Assembly: GCA_963826115.1 (NCBI GenBank)
Contig: CAWGVS010000005.1
Location: 1,952,001 to 2,016,000, forward strand
Direction: 5' to 3'
DNA from: an uncultured Candidatus Rokubacteria bacterium
Lineage (GTDB): Bacteria; Methylomirabilota; Methylomirabilia; Rokubacteriales; DASRDR01
DNA: 64,000 nucleotides
Part shown: positions 9,313-20,757 of the stretch, one piece after another
Position numbering within the stretch: position 1 is the first letter of the stretch
Layout of the letters: every line of letters starts with the position of its first letter
Position numbers and translations under genes: made by a program
Notes under the pieces: generated by a model
Seen by the model: only the letters and a program-made list of their open reading frames with translations
The model's database searches: none
Told to the model about the DNA's origin: nothing

Positions 9313-12085
9313 CTACGTCCCGCTCCGCGCGCAGAGGGCCGTGATCGCGCCCTCGCCCCGGTACGGCAGGTGCAGCGCGATGCGCACGGCGCGGACCGGC
9401 GAGCCGTTCATCGCCAGCTCCGTCGCCCCGCCGGAGAACGTGAACAGCGTCCGCCCCGCCCACGCCCACTCCGGGACCGGCCGGGGCGCGCCCACGGCGC
9501 GCCACGCGCGCCCGTCCTCCGAGACGTCGACGCCGAGAATCGTCGCGTGCCGCGTCGAGACGCGGGGATGCTCGAGGCGGAGCGTGGAGAGGCGCGTCGG
9601 CTCGGGCAGCCGCCCCTCGACCGCGTAGCGCGCGCCCCGCCCGTCCGCGTCCGGCGTCGTCGTCGTCACGCGCCACTCGGCCGGGCGGCACCGAGCCGCC
9701 GTCAGCTGGGCGCCCGCGAGCTGGAAGAGCATCGCGGAGCCGATCGGCTCCCACGTCACCGTCACGCCGGCCGCCTCGAGCCGCGCGCGCAGCTCGCCCG
9801 CGTCCTCCGCCGCCACCAGAGCGGCGTCCGTCTCGCGCCACCGGTGCCGCGCGTAGAGCTGGGTCGGCGGCGAGTAGCCGTGGCTGTTCAGGACCCCGTT
9901 CGCCGGCAGCGTCGCCACCGCGCCCTGCGTGGCCATCGCCACCCGGGCCGAGACGACCGGATCCGCGAGGAGACGGGTCACCCCGCGGGCGCTGAGGGCC
10001 CGCAGGAGCGCGCCGACGTCCGGTAGCTCGGCCGCGGGCCCGTCGACCGCCTCGTACGCGAACAGCTCACCCACCATCCCGACGCCGACCGAGCCGGGCT
10101 CGACGGGCCGGATCCGGAGATAGCGAACGGGCCGCGGCGCCGTCGCGAGCTCGAGCCAGCCGTTGCGAGGCCGGAACACCGGTCTCGGCCCGACGACGTA
10201 GAGCGGCTGCGCCACCTGCACCGGCGTCGATCCGAGACGCTCCCACCGGACCCCGTCCAGCGAGCCGGCGACCTCCAGCGGCACGAGCACGTCGGTGAGC
10301 GCCTCGGGCCAGAGGACGAGGCGCGCGAGCGTCCGCGGCGCGCCGAGATCTACCACGAGCGGGTCCGCCTCCCACCGGTCGAGACGCCGCGACGGCCAGA
10401 CCGTCCCGAGGTCGCCGTCCGCCACCGCCGGCGGCGTCCCCGGCTCGCCCACGACACGCCAGCCGGCGCGCGAGACCAGCCGGTACGACCGGCCCGGGAG
10501 GCGAACGTCTTCGTAGAGCGTCTCCTCGCCGAACCGGATCGCCGTCGCGGTGCCACCCAGCGTCTCGAGGGCGGCGGGGATCCACGCGCCGCGCCGGGAC
10601 GCGAGGATCGTCACCCGCCCCGCGGCGTCGGCCGGGCGCCACGGCGGGGTAGTACACCTCCGACAGGAGCGCCGAGATCCGGGGACGGCTCAGGAGGAAC
10701 TGCCAGCGGAGGCTCTCCATCGGGTCGTCGACGAGGAGCGCCTCCGCGGGCCGGGCCTGGAGTCGCTCGCCCAGCGCGGCGCGGGCCGCGATCTCGGCGC
10801 CCCGCCGCGCCCGCTCCCCGGGTCGGAGCGGCCACAGGTAGATCCAGTTCGTCCAGAGGTGGAACGCGAGAACCAGGGCCAGGACGGCGCCGGCCAGGAC
10901 GCGCGAGCGGCGCGAGAGACGCACGATCGCCGCCCCCACGAAGACGAGGAGCGGGATGTACGCCGGCAGGAGGTAGCGCGCCCGCGACATCTGTCTGAGG
11001 AGGTTGAACGTGGACCCGTAGAGCGCCACGTACGTCGCGCCGAGCGTCAGGAGCAGAAGCCACACGCCCCACGCCCGCCGCGTCCGCCGGCGATGGCGCA
11101 GCGCCCCGACCGCCTCGATGCCCGCGAGCACCACCGCCGCGGCGTAGATCGCGCCGCAGAGCCCCAGGATGAGGGCGCGAAGGCGCGTGTCGTGGTCCCA
11201 GTAGTAGGTGCCGACGACCAGGGGGACCGCGTTCCCGAGGAACTCCCCGATCCGCGCCCAGGAGAGGTCGACGTCGGCCTCGAGGAACCGCCGGGCCGAG
11301 CCGAGGTTCCCCTGGCCCGGGTCCGGCTGGGTGAGGTAGAAGAGCCACGCCGGTAGGTTCCCCAGGACGAACCCGCCCGCGAGCAACCACCCGCCGCGCC
11401 GGAGCGGCAGCCGGGGCTCCTGCACCAGGAGCGCCACGAGAATCGGCCCCAGCACCACCACCACCTTCATGTTCGTCCAGCACGCCAGCCCCGCCACGAA
11501 TCCCAGACACCCCAGGATCCGCGCCCGCCGCGGCTCCGGCCCCGCCCCCAGCGCGCCCAGCGCCAGGAGCACGAGGACCACGCCGAACGTGTTGGCCTCG
11601 AAGTGCGGCTCCGCCACCGTGCTGTAGTACGTCAGCAGAAACGGCGGCACCGCCGCCAGCAGCAGCGTCACCCGCGCCGTCGCCTCGTCGTAGAGGCGCC
11701 CCGCCAGCACGTAGAGCCCCAGCGGGAACAAGAGCGACCACGCCACCGCGTTCAGCCGCACCAGCAGCACCGACGGCCCGAACACGGCCAGCGCCGGCAC
11801 CAGGTGGAAGCCGTTCAGCGAGCCCATGAACGACTGCCGGTAGAAGAACACCGGCAGGTTCTCGCCGTGGAGGATGTGCTTCGCCATCAGCGCCACCGTC
11901 GCGTCGTCGCCCGAGATGTTCTGGTAGAACATCGCGGAGACTCGGACGATGGCCGCCAGCGCGAGCAACGCCAGGGCCGGGCCCCACCGCGCTCGACGCG
12001 TCGTGGACCCGTCTAGCGCGGGCGTGGCGCGAGGTCTCCCGCGACCGGGGCTCGATGACGATGCATGCGACACCGCACGATACAA
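9313..12085 (-). CDS. GT-C (ArnT/PMT-like) membrane glycosyltransferase with C-terminal F5/8-type discoidin domains, paralog 1 (frameshift near 10635; start uncertain)
   Basis: DDATVALMA...FFYRQSFMG and multiple TM helices (10067-12085 frame) continue in the 9313-10614 frame with ADGDLGTVW, DLG, SLDG..W and RYLRI; collinear with the adjacent paralog. Confidence 0.75.
11325..11828. repeat. 504-bp direct repeat, copy 1
   Basis: Identical by eye to 14136-14639 (offset 2811 nt). Confidence 0.85.
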
Positions 12086-12124
12086 CCGGACGCGCTTTCG
12101 ACGAAGCGCGGATCGCGCCCCACG

Positions 12125-14830
12125 TCAGGCCTCGCCGCGCGCGCATAGCGCGGTGATTGCTCGCTCGCCGCTGTAGGGGAGCTGGACCTCCACGCGCACC
12201 GCGCGGGCCGGGACGCCGCCCATGTCGAGCTCCGTCGCGCCGCCCGAGAACGTGAACAGGGTGCGACCCGCCCACGCCCACTCTGGCACCGGACGGGGCG
12301 CCGGGACCGGGCGCCACGCGCGTCCGTCCTCCGAGATCTCGACCCCGAGGATCGTCGCGTACCGGGCCGACACGAAGGGATGCTCGACTCGGAGCGTCGC
12401 GAGCCGCATCCACTCCACGAGCCGCCCCGCCACCGTGTAACGGGCCCCCTTCCCGTCCGCGTCCAGGATCGTCGCCGTCACCCGCCAGTCGGTGGGCCGG
12501 CACCGACCGGCTCCGGGCACCGGCCCCACCGGCTGGATGAGCACCGCCGTCCCGACCGGCTCCGTGGTCACCCGCACCCCGGCGCTCTCGAGCCGCTCGC
12601 GCAGCTCGCCCGCGTCCTCGCCGGCCACCAGCGCGGCGTCGGTTTCCCGCAGTCGAACCCGCGCGAACAAGTGAACCGGCGGCGCGTACCCGTAGCTGTT
12701 CAGGACGCGGTTGGCCGGCAGGGTGTCGACCGTCCCGGCCGCCGCGAGCGCCACGCGCGCCGACACGACGGGATTTCCCAAGAGCCTCCTCACGCCACGC
12801 GTGCGAACGGCGTGCAGGATCGCGTCGATGTCCGGGGTCTCGGGCGCCGGGCCCTCGATCGCCTCGTAGGCACGGAGCTCGCCCACCATCCCGACGCCGA
12901 TCGAGCCGCCCTCGACGGGCCGGACGCGAAGGTAGCGCACCGGCTGGGGAGCCGTCGCCAGCTCGAGCCACCCGTTGCGCGGCCGGAAGAGGGGGCGTCC
13001 CTCGGCGACGAACGCCGGCCGACCGACCTCCGTGGGCGCGATGCCGAGCGGCTCCCAGGTGACCGCGTCCAACGAGCCCGCCACCTCGAGCGGCACGATC
13101 AGCTCCGTGAGCGCCGTCGGCCAGATGAGGAGACGGGCAATCGCGCGCGTGGCCCCGAGGTCGAGCACCAGCGCCCCCGCCTCGGATCGATCGAGGCGCC
13201 GCGGGGGCCACGCGGTACCGAGGTCGCCGTCCGCCACGGCCGGCGGCGTCCCGGCCTCGCCGAGGGACCTCCAGCTGGCCGTGGGGACGAGGCGGTACGC
13301 GCGGCCGGGAATCCGGACGTGGTCATAGAGCCACTGCTGGCCGTATCGGGTCGCCGTCGCGGTAGCGCCGAGCGCTCCCAGCTGAGCGGCCATGTCGCTG
13401 TCGCCCGGGATCGCGAGGATAGCGACGCGCCTCACGGCGTCGGCGCGGACCGCCGACGGGTAGTAGCTGTCCGTCAGGAAGTCGGACACCGGCGGGCGGT
13501 CGAGCAGAAACTGCCACTGGAGGTTCGACGTGTTGTTGTCCACCAGAACAACGTCCGCGTCCGCCCCGCGGAGCCCCCGGGCGAGATCCTCGCGGACCGC
13601 CATCCGGTCGGCCCGCCACGCGCGCTTGGGCGGATCGAGCGGCCAGAGGAACTCGAGGTTGGTCCACAGGTTGAATGCGAGGACGAACGTCAGCGCGGCG
13701 CCCGCCAGCGCGCGCGACCGGCGTCCGAGCCGCGCGACCGCGGCCCCCAGGAACAGGAAGAGCGGAATGTACGCCGGAAGGAGGTAACGGCCCCGCGAGC
13801 CGTCATCGAGGATGTTGAACGTCGAGAGGTACAGCGCCAGGTACGTGGTGGCGAGGATCAGCAGGAGGAGCCAGAGGCTCCACGCTCGCCGTGCCCCCCG
13901 GCGATCGCGCCGAGCCCGGACCGCCTCGATGCCCGCGAGCACCACCGCCGCCGCGTAGATCGCGCCGCAGAGCCCCAGGATGAGCGCGCGAAGGAGCGTG
14001 TCGGGGCCCCAGTAGTAGGTGCCGATGACCAGCGGCACGGCTCGGGTCAGGAACTCCCACGCGTGCGCCCACGAGACGTCCCGGTGGATCTCGATGAACC
14101 GCTGTGCGGAGGCCGCGCTTCCGGGCAGAGGCATGGGCTGGGTGAGGTAGAAGAGCCACGCCGGTAGGTTCCCCAGGACGAACCCGCCCGCGAGCAACCA
14201 CCCGCCGCGCCGGAGCGGCAGCCGGGGCTCCTGCACCAGGAGCGCCACGAGAATCGGCCCCAGCACCACCACCACCTTCATGTTCGTCCAGCACGCCAGC
14301 CCCGCCACGAATCCCAGACACCCCAGGATCCGCGCCCGCCGCGGCTCCGGCCCCGCCCCCAGCGCGCCCAGCGCCAGGAGCACGAGGACCACGCCGAACG
14401 TGTTGGCCTCGAAGTGCGGCTCCGCCACCGTGCTGTAGTACGTCAGCAGAAACGGCGGCACCGCCGCCAGCAGCAGCGTCACCCGCGCCGTCGCCTCGTC
14501 GTAGAGGCGCCCCGCCAGCACGTAGAGCCCCAGCGGGAACAAGAGCGACCACGCCACCGCGTTCAGCCGCACCAGCAGCACCGACGGCCCGAACACGGCC
14601 AGCGCCGGCACCAGGTGGAAGCCGTTCAGCGAGCCCATGTAGGACTGCCCGTAGAAGAACGCCGGCAGGTCCTCGCCGCGGAGGATGTGCTTCGCCATCA
14701 GCGCCACCGTCGCGTCGTCGACCGAGATGTTCTCGTAGAACATCACCGAGAGGCGCGCTATCGCGGCCAGCCCGAGGAGCGCCGAGACGGCGATCCAGGA
14801 CGACCGGCGACGCTCAGGGACCGGGGCGCT
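12125..14830 (-). CDS. GT-C membrane glycosyltransferase with discoidin domains, paralog 2 (start uncertain; first ATG at 14743)
   Basis: C-terminal ~900 aa of ORF 12125-16114; same architecture as paralog 1, uninterrupted. Confidence 0.78.
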   Translation of the reverse strand, partial: SAPVPERRRSSWIAVSALLGLAAIARLSVMFYENISVDDATVALMAKHILRGEDLPAFFYGQSYMGSLNGFHLVPALAVFGPSVLLVRLNAVAWSLLFPLGLYVLAGRLYDEATARVTLLLAAVPPFLLTYYSTVAEPHFEANTFGVVLVLLALGALGAGPEPRRARILGCLGFVAGLACWTNMKVVVVLGPILVALLVQEPRLPLRRGGWLLAGGFVLGNLPAWLFYLTQPMPLPGSAASAQRFIEIHRDVSWAHAWEFLTRAVPLVIGTYYWGPDTLLRALILGLCGAIYAAAVVLAGIEAVRARRDRRGARRAWSLWLLLLILATTYLALYLSTFNILDDGSRGRYLLPAYIPLFLFLGAAVARLGRRSRALAGAALTFVLAFNLWTNLEFLWPLDPPKRAWRADRMAVREDLARGLRGADADVVLVDNNTSNLQWQFLLDRPPVSDFLTDSYYPSAVRADAVRRVAILAIPGDSDMAAQLGALGATATATRYGQQWLYDHVRIPGRAYRLVPTASWRSLGEAGTPPAVADGDLGTAWPPRRLDRSEAGALVLDLGATRAIARLLIWPTALTELIVPLEVAGSLDAVTWEPLGIAPTEVGRPAFVAEGRPLFRPRNGWLELATAPQPVRYLRVRPVEGGSIGVGMVGELRAYEAIEGPAPETPDIDAILHAVRTRGVRRLLGNPVVSARVALAAAGTVDTLPANRVLNSYGYAPPVHLFARVRLRETDAALVAGEDAGELRERLESAGVRVTTEPVGTAVLIQPVGPVPGAGRCRPTDWRVTATILDADGKGARYTVAGRLVEWMRLATLRVEHPFVSARYATILGVEISEDGRAWRPVPAPRPVPEWAWAGRTLFTFSGGATELDMGGVPARAVRVEVQLPYSGERAITALCARGEA
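14136..14639. repeat. 504-bp direct repeat, copy 2
   Basis: Identical by eye to 11325-11828. Confidence 0.85.
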
Positions 14831-14832
14831 GT

Positions 14833-17091
14833 CTACCGCAACCTCGACGTGAAGCTCTTGGCAGACTGGTACGGATCGGGCCACGGCAGCTCGAACCCCT
14901 GCTCCCGGGCGGCGTGGCGGGTCCAGTAGGGATCGTAGAGGTGGCCGCGGGCGAGGACGCACAGGTCCGCGCGGCCGGCGGCGAGGATCGAGTTCGCGTC
15001 CGCGTAGGTGGAGAGGTTGCCCACCGTCAGCGTCGGGATCCCCGCCTCGTGGCGGATCCGGTCGCTGAGCGGCGTCTGGTACAGGCGCCCGTAGACCGGC
15101 TTCTGGTGCGGGACCGTCTGGCCGGTGGACACGGTCACGGCGTCGCAGCCGTGCGCCCTGAGGCGCGCGGCGATGCGCACGGCGTCGTCCGGCGTGGTAC
15201 CGCCGGGCGCCCAGTCCGTGGCGGAGATCTTGACCGAGATGGGCTTCCCGGCCGGCCAGGCTGCCCGGACCGCATCGAAGACCTCGAGCGGGTAGCGCAG
15301 CCGGAGCTCGAGCAGCCCGCCGTAGGCGTCGGTGCGGACGTTCGTGAGCGGCGAGATGAAGCTCGCGAGCAGGTACCCGTGGGCCATGTGGAGCTCGAGC
15401 ATGTCGAATCCGGCCGCCTCGGCCATCCGGGCCGCCTCCACGAACTGGTCCCGGACCATGTCCATGTCGGCGCGGTCCATCTCGCGCGGCACCTGGCTGT
15501 GCGGGTAGTACGGAAGCGGTGACGCGGAGATGAGCGGCCAGTTGCCGTCGGGGAGCGGCTCGTCGATCCCCTCCCACAGGCGCCGCGTCGACCCCTTGCG
15601 CCCGGCGTGCGCGAGCTGGAGGGCGATCCGCGCGCCGCTGTGCCGGTGCGCGAAGTCGACGATGCGCTTCCACGCGCCCACGTGCTCCGGCTTGTACATG
15701 CCCGTGCAGCCCGGGCTGATGCGGCCCTCTCGGCTCACGTCGGTCATCTCCGCGACGACGAGGGCCGCGCCGCCCGCCGCGCGGCTGCCGAGGTGGACGA
15801 GGTGCCAGTCGTTGGGCGTCCCGTCCTCGGCCGAGTACTGGCACATCGGCGAGACCACGATGCGGTTCGAGAGCACCAGGTCGCGCAGGCGGAAGGGCGT
15901 GAACATCGGCGGCGGCGGGGGCGCCGGCGGAGCGGCTACGGCGACGCCGCTCTGCCGCCCGGCCTCGTCCGCGAGCCACCGGTCGACCGTCGCGACGAAC
16001 CGGGGATCCCGGACCTTGAGGTTCTCGTGAGTGACGCGAAGGCTCCGCGTGAGGAGGCTCATCGCGAACTGCGCGGGCTCGAGGCGGTGGTAGCGCTCGG
16101 TGGTCTCGAACCACTCGAGGCTCACCTGGGCCGCGCGCTGGAGGCTCTCGACCTCGGGCCGGCGCTCGGCCTCGTAGGCCGCGAGAGCCGCCGGGACGTC
16201 AGGCTGGCGCCGGAGGGCCCGGCTGAGCGCGATGGCGTCCTCCATCGCGAGCTTCGTCCCCGAGCCGACCGAGAAGTGCGCGGTGTGCGCGGCGTCGCCG
16301 ACCAGGACGACGTTCCCGTGGGACCAGCGCTCGTTGCGGACCACGGGGAAGTTCCGCCAGAGCGAGCGGTTCCTGAGGATCCGATGGCCCTTGAGCTCGT
16401 CCGCGAACAGCTCTTCCGTGAACGCGACGGTGTCGTCCTCGGACGCCTCGTCGAGACCGGCGCGGCGCCAGGTGGCGTCGGTCGTCTCCAGAATGAAGGT
16501 CGAGTGCTGCGCGTCGTAGCGGTAGGCGTGGACGCGCCACAGCCCGTGCACGTCCTCCTTGAAAAGGAACGTGAACGCGGGAAACGGGCAGCTCGTGCCG
16601 AGCCAGACGAACCGATTGGGGCGCCACTCGATCGCGCGGCCGAAGTGCGCGGCGTGCCGAGCGCGGATCGTGCTGTTGACGCCGTCGGCGGCCAGCACCA
16701 GGTCCGCGGCGCGGTAGGGCTCGAGGTCGCGCACCTCCGTCTCGAACTCGAAGGCGACCCCGAGGCTCGCGCACCGGCGTTGCAGGATGTCGAGGAGCCG
16801 CTGTCGGGACATTCCGGCGAAGCCGTGTCCCGTGGAGGTCACGACGGCCCCGCGCCAGTGGATGTCGATGTCGTCCCAGTGCGCGAAGGCGCCGACGATC
16901 TCGTCGTGCGTCTCGCGGTCCGCGCGGGCAAAGTGCTCGAGGGTGGCGTCCGAGAAGACGACACCGAAGCCGAAAGTGTCGTCGGAACGGTTGCGCTCGA
17001 TGACGGTGACGTCGTGCGCGGGGTCGGCCTTCTTCATGAGCGCGGCGAAGTAGAGCCCGGCCGGCCCCCCGCCGATGCACACGATCTTCAC
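14833..17091 (-). CDS. abmA: 2-aminobenzoyl-CoA monooxygenase/reductase (bifunctional salicylyl-CoA 5-hydroxylase/oxidoreductase)
   Basis: N-terminal FAD monooxygenase ([38 protein letters not shown]) fused to an OYE domain ([18 protein letters not shown]). Confidence 0.9.
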   Translation of the reverse strand: MKIVCIGGGPAGLYFAALMKKADPAHDVTVIERNRSDDTFGFGVVFSDATLEHFARADRETHDEIVGAFAHWDDIDIHWRGAVVTSTGHGFAGMSRQRLLDILQRRCASLGVAFEFETEVRDLEPYRAADLVLAADGVNSTIRARHAAHFGRAIEWRPNRFVWLGTSCPFPAFTFLFKEDVHGLWRVHAYRYDAQHSTFILETTDATWRRAGLDEASEDDTVAFTEELFADELKGHRILRNRSLWRNFPVVRNERWSHGNVVLVGDAAHTAHFSVGSGTKLAMEDAIALSRALRRQPDVPAALAAYEAERRPEVESLQRAAQVSLEWFETTERYHRLEPAQFAMSLLTRSLRVTHENLKVRDPRFVATVDRWLADEAGRQSGVAVAAPPAPPPPPMFTPFRLRDLVLSNRIVVSPMCQYSAEDGTPNDWHLVHLGSRAAGGAALVVAEMTDVSREGRISPGCTGMYKPEHVGAWKRIVDFAHRHSGARIALQLAHAGRKGSTRRLWEGIDEPLPDGNWPLISASPLPYYPHSQVPREMDRADMDMVRDQFVEAARMAEAAGFDMLELHMAHGYLLASFISPLTNVRTDAYGGLLELRLRYPLEVFDAVRAAWPAGKPISVKISATDWAPGGTTPDDAVRIAARLRAHGCDAVTVSTGQTVPHQKPVYGRLYQTPLSDRIRHEAGIPTLTVGNLSTYADANSILAAGRADLCVLARGHLYDPYWTRHAAREQGFELPWPDPYQSAKSFTSRLR

Positions 17092-17228
17092 CCGCCGCGC
17101 CTCCCCCGACCTGCGCTGATCCCGGAGACACTGGCGGCCCCGGCCCGCGCCGGGGTCGCGTCGCGCGTAGTCTATCACCGCGCGTCGCGCCGACGGCGCT
17201 CCCGCGGCGCGCGGGACCCGCGGCCGCG

Positions 17229-17257
17229 TTGACCCGTCTTCCGAGGGGCGTCATACT
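17229..17257 (+). promoter_or_regulatory. sigma70-type promoter, leaderless geometry
   Basis: TTGACC-N17-CATACT, 7 nt before GTG 17265, no SD. Confidence 0.5.
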
Positions 17258-17264
17258 GCGCGCC

Positions 17265-18041
17265 GTGAAGCTTCCGGACCGGGTCGCCCTCGTCACCGGC
17301 GGCGGCCGGGGCATCGGTCGGGCGATCGCGCTCGCGTTCGCCCGGGAGGGCGCGCACGTCGCGGTGACCGCGCGCACCGTCGCCGAGCTCAACGCCGTCG
17401 CGGCGGAGGTGCGGGCGCTCGGACGCGAGGCGCTGGTGGTGGCCTGCGACGTCGCCGAGCGGGCCCAGGTCGACGACGCCGTGCGGCGGGTCGTGGACGG
17501 GCTCGGTCCGGTCGAGATCCTCGTGAACAACGCGGGCATCGCGGTCTCCGCGAAGCTCCTCGACACCGACGATGCGCTCTGGGAGCGTCACCTCCGCGTG
17601 AACCTGACGGGCGCGTTCCTCATGACCCGCGCCGTCCTCCCGGGCATGCTCGCGGCGAGCTGGGGCCGCGTCGTCAACGTCGCCTCGGTCGCGGGCCGCC
17701 AGGGCTACCCGTACGTCGCCGCCTACACGGCGTCCAAGCACGGCCTGATCGGGCTGACTCGCGCCGTCGCCCAGGAGGTCGTGACGTCGGGCGTGACCGT
17801 GAACGCGATCTGCCCCGGGTACGTGGCGACCGATCTCACGTGGGGCGCCGCGCGGAACATCCAGGAGCGCACGGGGCGGACGTACGACGAGGCGGTCCGC
17901 TCGCTCGCCGCCTACTCGCCGCAGCGGCGGCTCATCGAGCCCGAGGAGGTCGCGGCGCTGGCGGTGCTCCTCGCGAGCGACGACGCCCGCGGCGTCACCG
18001 CCCAGGCCTGGAACGTCGACGGCGGCGCGGTGCAGGCCTGA
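17265..18041 (+). CDS. SDR oxidoreductase (AbmB-like hydroxyacyl-CoA dehydrogenase)
   Basis: TGGGRGIG, NNAG and YTASKHG motifs. Confidence 0.9.
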   Translation: MKLPDRVALVTGGGRGIGRAIALAFAREGAHVAVTARTVAELNAVAAEVRALGREALVVACDVAERAQVDDAVRRVVDGLGPVEILVNNAGIAVSAKLLDTDDALWERHLRVNLTGAFLMTRAVLPGMLAASWGRVVNVASVAGRQGYPYVAAYTASKHGLIGLTRAVAQEVVTSGVTVNAICPGYVATDLTWGAARNIQERTGRTYDEAVRSLAAYSPQRRLIEPEEVAALAVLLASDDARGVTAQAWNVDGGAVQA

Positions 18042-18049
18042 GGCGGAGA

Positions 18050-18847
18050 ATGAGCGCGTACCGCAGCTTCGACTACCGGATCGAGGACGGCGTGGGAACG
18101 GTGACCTTCGCCCGTCCCGACACGCTGAACTCCCTCACCTTCGAGGTCTACGCGGAGCTCGAGCGGCTGGCGCTCGAGTGCCAGACCGACCCGGCCGTCC
18201 GCGTGCTCGTCCTCACCGGCACCGGCAAGGGCTTCTGCTCGGGCGGCGACGTCCACGAGATCATCGGCGAGCTCTTCAAGCGGGACGTGAAGGGCATGCT
18301 CGAGTTCACCCGGATGACGGGCGCCGTCGTCCGGAACCTCCGGCTCCTCGAGAAGCCGGTGATGGCGTCGGTCAACGGCATCGCCGCCGGGGCCGGCGCG
18401 GTGCTGGCGCTCGCGTCGGACTTTCGTATCCTCGCGGACACCGCCCGCTTCGCGTTCCTGTTCACGAAGGTCGGGCTCGCCGGCGCGGACATGGGCGCGG
18501 CGTTCCTCCTGCCGCGGGTGGTGGGCTTCGGGCGGGCGACGGAGCTGCTGATGCTGGGCGACACGATCGACGCCCCGACCGCCGAGCGCTACGGGCTGGC
18601 CAGCCGCGTGGTCACCGCCGACCGTCTCCCTGACGAGACCCGGGCCCTCGCCCGGCGCCTCGCCGACGGGCCCGGGCAGGCGCTCGGGATGACCAAGCGC
18701 ATGCTCAACAACGAGTGGGGCATGGACCTCGCGTCCGCCATCGAGGCGGAGGCCCAGGCCCAGGCGCTCCTGCTGATGGCGGAGGACCACAAGGAGTTCT
18801 ACCGGGCGTTCACGGAGAAGCGGCCGCCCCGCTTCACCGGGCGCTAG
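18050..18847 (+). CDS. enoyl-CoA hydratase/isomerase (AbmC-like)
   Basis: NSLTFEVY, FCSGGDV, FTKVGLAGADMGA. Confidence 0.9.
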   Translation: MSAYRSFDYRIEDGVGTVTFARPDTLNSLTFEVYAELERLALECQTDPAVRVLVLTGTGKGFCSGGDVHEIIGELFKRDVKGMLEFTRMTGAVVRNLRLLEKPVMASVNGIAAGAGAVLALASDFRILADTARFAFLFTKVGLAGADMGAAFLLPRVVGFGRATELLMLGDTIDAPTAERYGLASRVVTADRLPDETRALARRLADGPGQALGMTKRMLNNEWGMDLASAIEAEAQAQALLLMAEDHKEFYRAFTEKRPPRFTGR

Positions 18848-18925
18848 AGACGGAGACGCGCCGGGACCGACGGCCGGGGCCGCGCCGGCGCGCCGGCGAC
18901 GACGTCCGCCCGCAAGGAGGGAGCC

Positions 18926-19324
18926 GTGCCGAAGGTGATCGTCAACCCGCCCTGGCTGCCAAAGCCCTCGGGCTTCTCGCACGGGATCGAGGCGCAGGGG
19001 CGCACGCTCTTCGTCGCGGGCCAGACGGCCCTGGACGCCGACGGCCGGATCGAGCCGGTCGGGGACCTCGTCGGGCAGTTCCGCCACGCGCTCGCCAACG
19101 TGGGCGCCGTCGTGGGCGCGCGCGGCGGGACGCTCCGGGACCTCGTGAAGGTGACGTTCTACGTGGTCGACAAGCGGGAGTACCGCGCGAAGGCCTCGGA
19201 GATCGGACGCGTCTACCGTGAGATGATGGACGGCCACTGGCCGGCGACGACGCTCGTGGAAGTCCGGGCCCTCTGGGACGACGAGGCCCTGATCGAGATC
19301 GACGCGATCGCGGTACTGGGATAG
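18926..19324 (+). CDS. RidA/YjgF family protein (AbmE-like)
   Basis: GFSHG, LFVAGQ, HWPATTLVEV, IEIDAIA. Confidence 0.88.
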   Translation: MPKVIVNPPWLPKPSGFSHGIEAQGRTLFVAGQTALDADGRIEPVGDLVGQFRHALANVGAVVGARGGTLRDLVKVTFYVVDKREYRAKASEIGRVYREMMDGHWPATTLVEVRALWDDEALIEIDAIAVLG

Positions 19325-19333
19325 GAGGCGGCG

Positions 19334-19834
19334 ATGCAGGTCGGCCCCGTGTACCACACCGGGTTCACCGTGAGCGACATCGAGCGCTCGCTGGTCTTCT
19401 ACCGCGACATCCTCGGGCTCGCGCTCGTCAAACGCCAGACCGGCACCGCGCAGTACCTTGGGACCATCACGGGCTTCGAGGGCGTGGTCCTCGAGACGGC
19501 GTATCTCCAGCCCGCGGCCGGCGGCAGCATGCTGGAGCTCTTGCAGTACGCGTCGCATCCGGCGCCGCCCACCGACCGCGCGACGAACCGCCCGGGCAAC
19601 GGCCACCTGTGCTTCAAGGTGGACGACGTGCGGAGCGCCTGCGAGGAGCTGAAGCGCCGCGGCGTGACGCTGATCTCGGAGGCGACCGAGATCACCGCGG
19701 GCCAGCACGCCGGCGGCTGGGGCGTCTACGTCCGCGACCCCGACGGCTTCACGGTGGAGCTCTACCAGGGCCCGCCGGCGACCGCCGGGCGCGCGGCGGC
19801 GGCCGCGCCGGGCGCGGCGCACCGCGGATCGTGA
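19334..19834 (+). CDS. VOC/glyoxalase family protein
   Basis: HTGFTVSD, ELLQY, HLCFKVDD, YVRDPDGFTVEL. Confidence 0.88.
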   Translation: MQVGPVYHTGFTVSDIERSLVFYRDILGLALVKRQTGTAQYLGTITGFEGVVLETAYLQPAAGGSMLELLQYASHPAPPTDRATNRPGNGHLCFKVDDVRSACEELKRRGVTLISEATEITAGQHAGGWGVYVRDPDGFTVELYQGPPATAGRAAAAAPGAAHRGS

Positions 19835-20337
19835 GCGGGAACGGCCCGGCGCCGCTGGCCAAGCGGGTCGTCGGCGCGGTCGCCTGGCGCCTGTTCGTCA
19901 GCACGGCCTACACGACCGGGCTCACACTCCTGATCCCGTTCGTCGCCTTGCGGGTCAAGCCGCCCGAGCTCGAGCTCGGCCCGATCGCGACGTCGCCGGG
20001 GCTCCTGTGGCTCGCGATCGGGCTGATGGTCGCCGCGCTCGTCGTCCGGGTCTGGGCGACGGGCTCGCTGGGCGAGTCGCTCAAGGCGCTGGGCATGCTG
20101 ACCTTCCTGCCGGGCTTCATCGGGATCGTCGCCGCGCTCTTCGGCCGCGAGTGGCTCCTCGGCCGGTTCGCCGAGACGGTGCCGCGCTTCCAGGAGGTGC
20201 GCCCCGCGATCGAGCTCTACTTCGACCGCGCCGTGCCTCAGGTCGTCTACCTGACGGTGGGCTTCTTCGTGGCCGGCGTGCTCCTGATCACCCTCGGGAG
20301 CCGGCTGGCGCCCGAGCGGCGGTCCGCCGGGTCCTGA
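19831..20337 (+). CDS. hypothetical membrane protein
   Basis: GTGA overlap with the upstream stop; about four hydrophobic segments. Confidence 0.65.
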   Translation: MSGNGPAPLAKRVVGAVAWRLFVSTAYTTGLTLLIPFVALRVKPPELELGPIATSPGLLWLAIGLMVAALVVRVWATGSLGESLKALGMLTFLPGFIGIVAALFGREWLLGRFAETVPRFQEVRPAIELYFDRAVPQVVYLTVGFFVAGVLLITLGSRLAPERRSAGS

Positions 20338-20341
20338 CGCG

Positions 20342-20602
20342 TCAGCGGCCGCGCTGGTACCAGAGCAGGATCAGCAGCAGCGGCACATAGAGCGCGAGCA
20401 CGCCCTGCAGCGTGAGAACCGGCCCTTCCGCCCCGCTCGAGACCAGGATCCCCCGCACCGGCGGCGCCAGCGCCCAGAGAGGATCGCCGAGAGCGTCGTT
20501 CAGGACCTTGCCGAGCAGGCCGATCGCGGCGCCGGGCAGGAGGAACGGCAGCAGCGAGGCGACGAAACACACCAGGGCGACGACCATGACGAGGAGTGCC
20601 AT
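20342..20602 (-). CDS. small hypothetical membrane protein
   Basis: GGAGG SD before MALLVMVVALVCF; hydrophobic. Confidence 0.6.
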   Translation of the reverse strand: MALLVMVVALVCFVASLLPFLLPGAAIGLLGKVLNDALGDPLWALAPPVRGILVSSGAEGPVLTLQGVLALYVPLLLILLWYQRGR

Positions 20603-20757
20603 GGGAACCTCCAATCCGCGCCTATCGTCCGCCCGTCCGTCCGACGATGTCAACGAATCGGGCCGACCGCACGGTGGCCTTCCCCGGGGCCCCCGGACCC
20701 GGGCAGGCTCGCTCACCCCCTGAGCGCCCCGGAGCGGACCACAGGCGCCGGCCGGCG

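Noticed and set aside
11325-14639. Repeat as IS ends or a DGR template/variable repeat
   Set aside because: In-frame coding paralogy; no transposase, reverse transcriptase or adenine-specific mismatches
12125-16114. 1329-aa ORF read as a giant fusion
   Set aside because: The first ~430 aa are an off-frame shadow of abmA; only the part from about 14830 is protein-like
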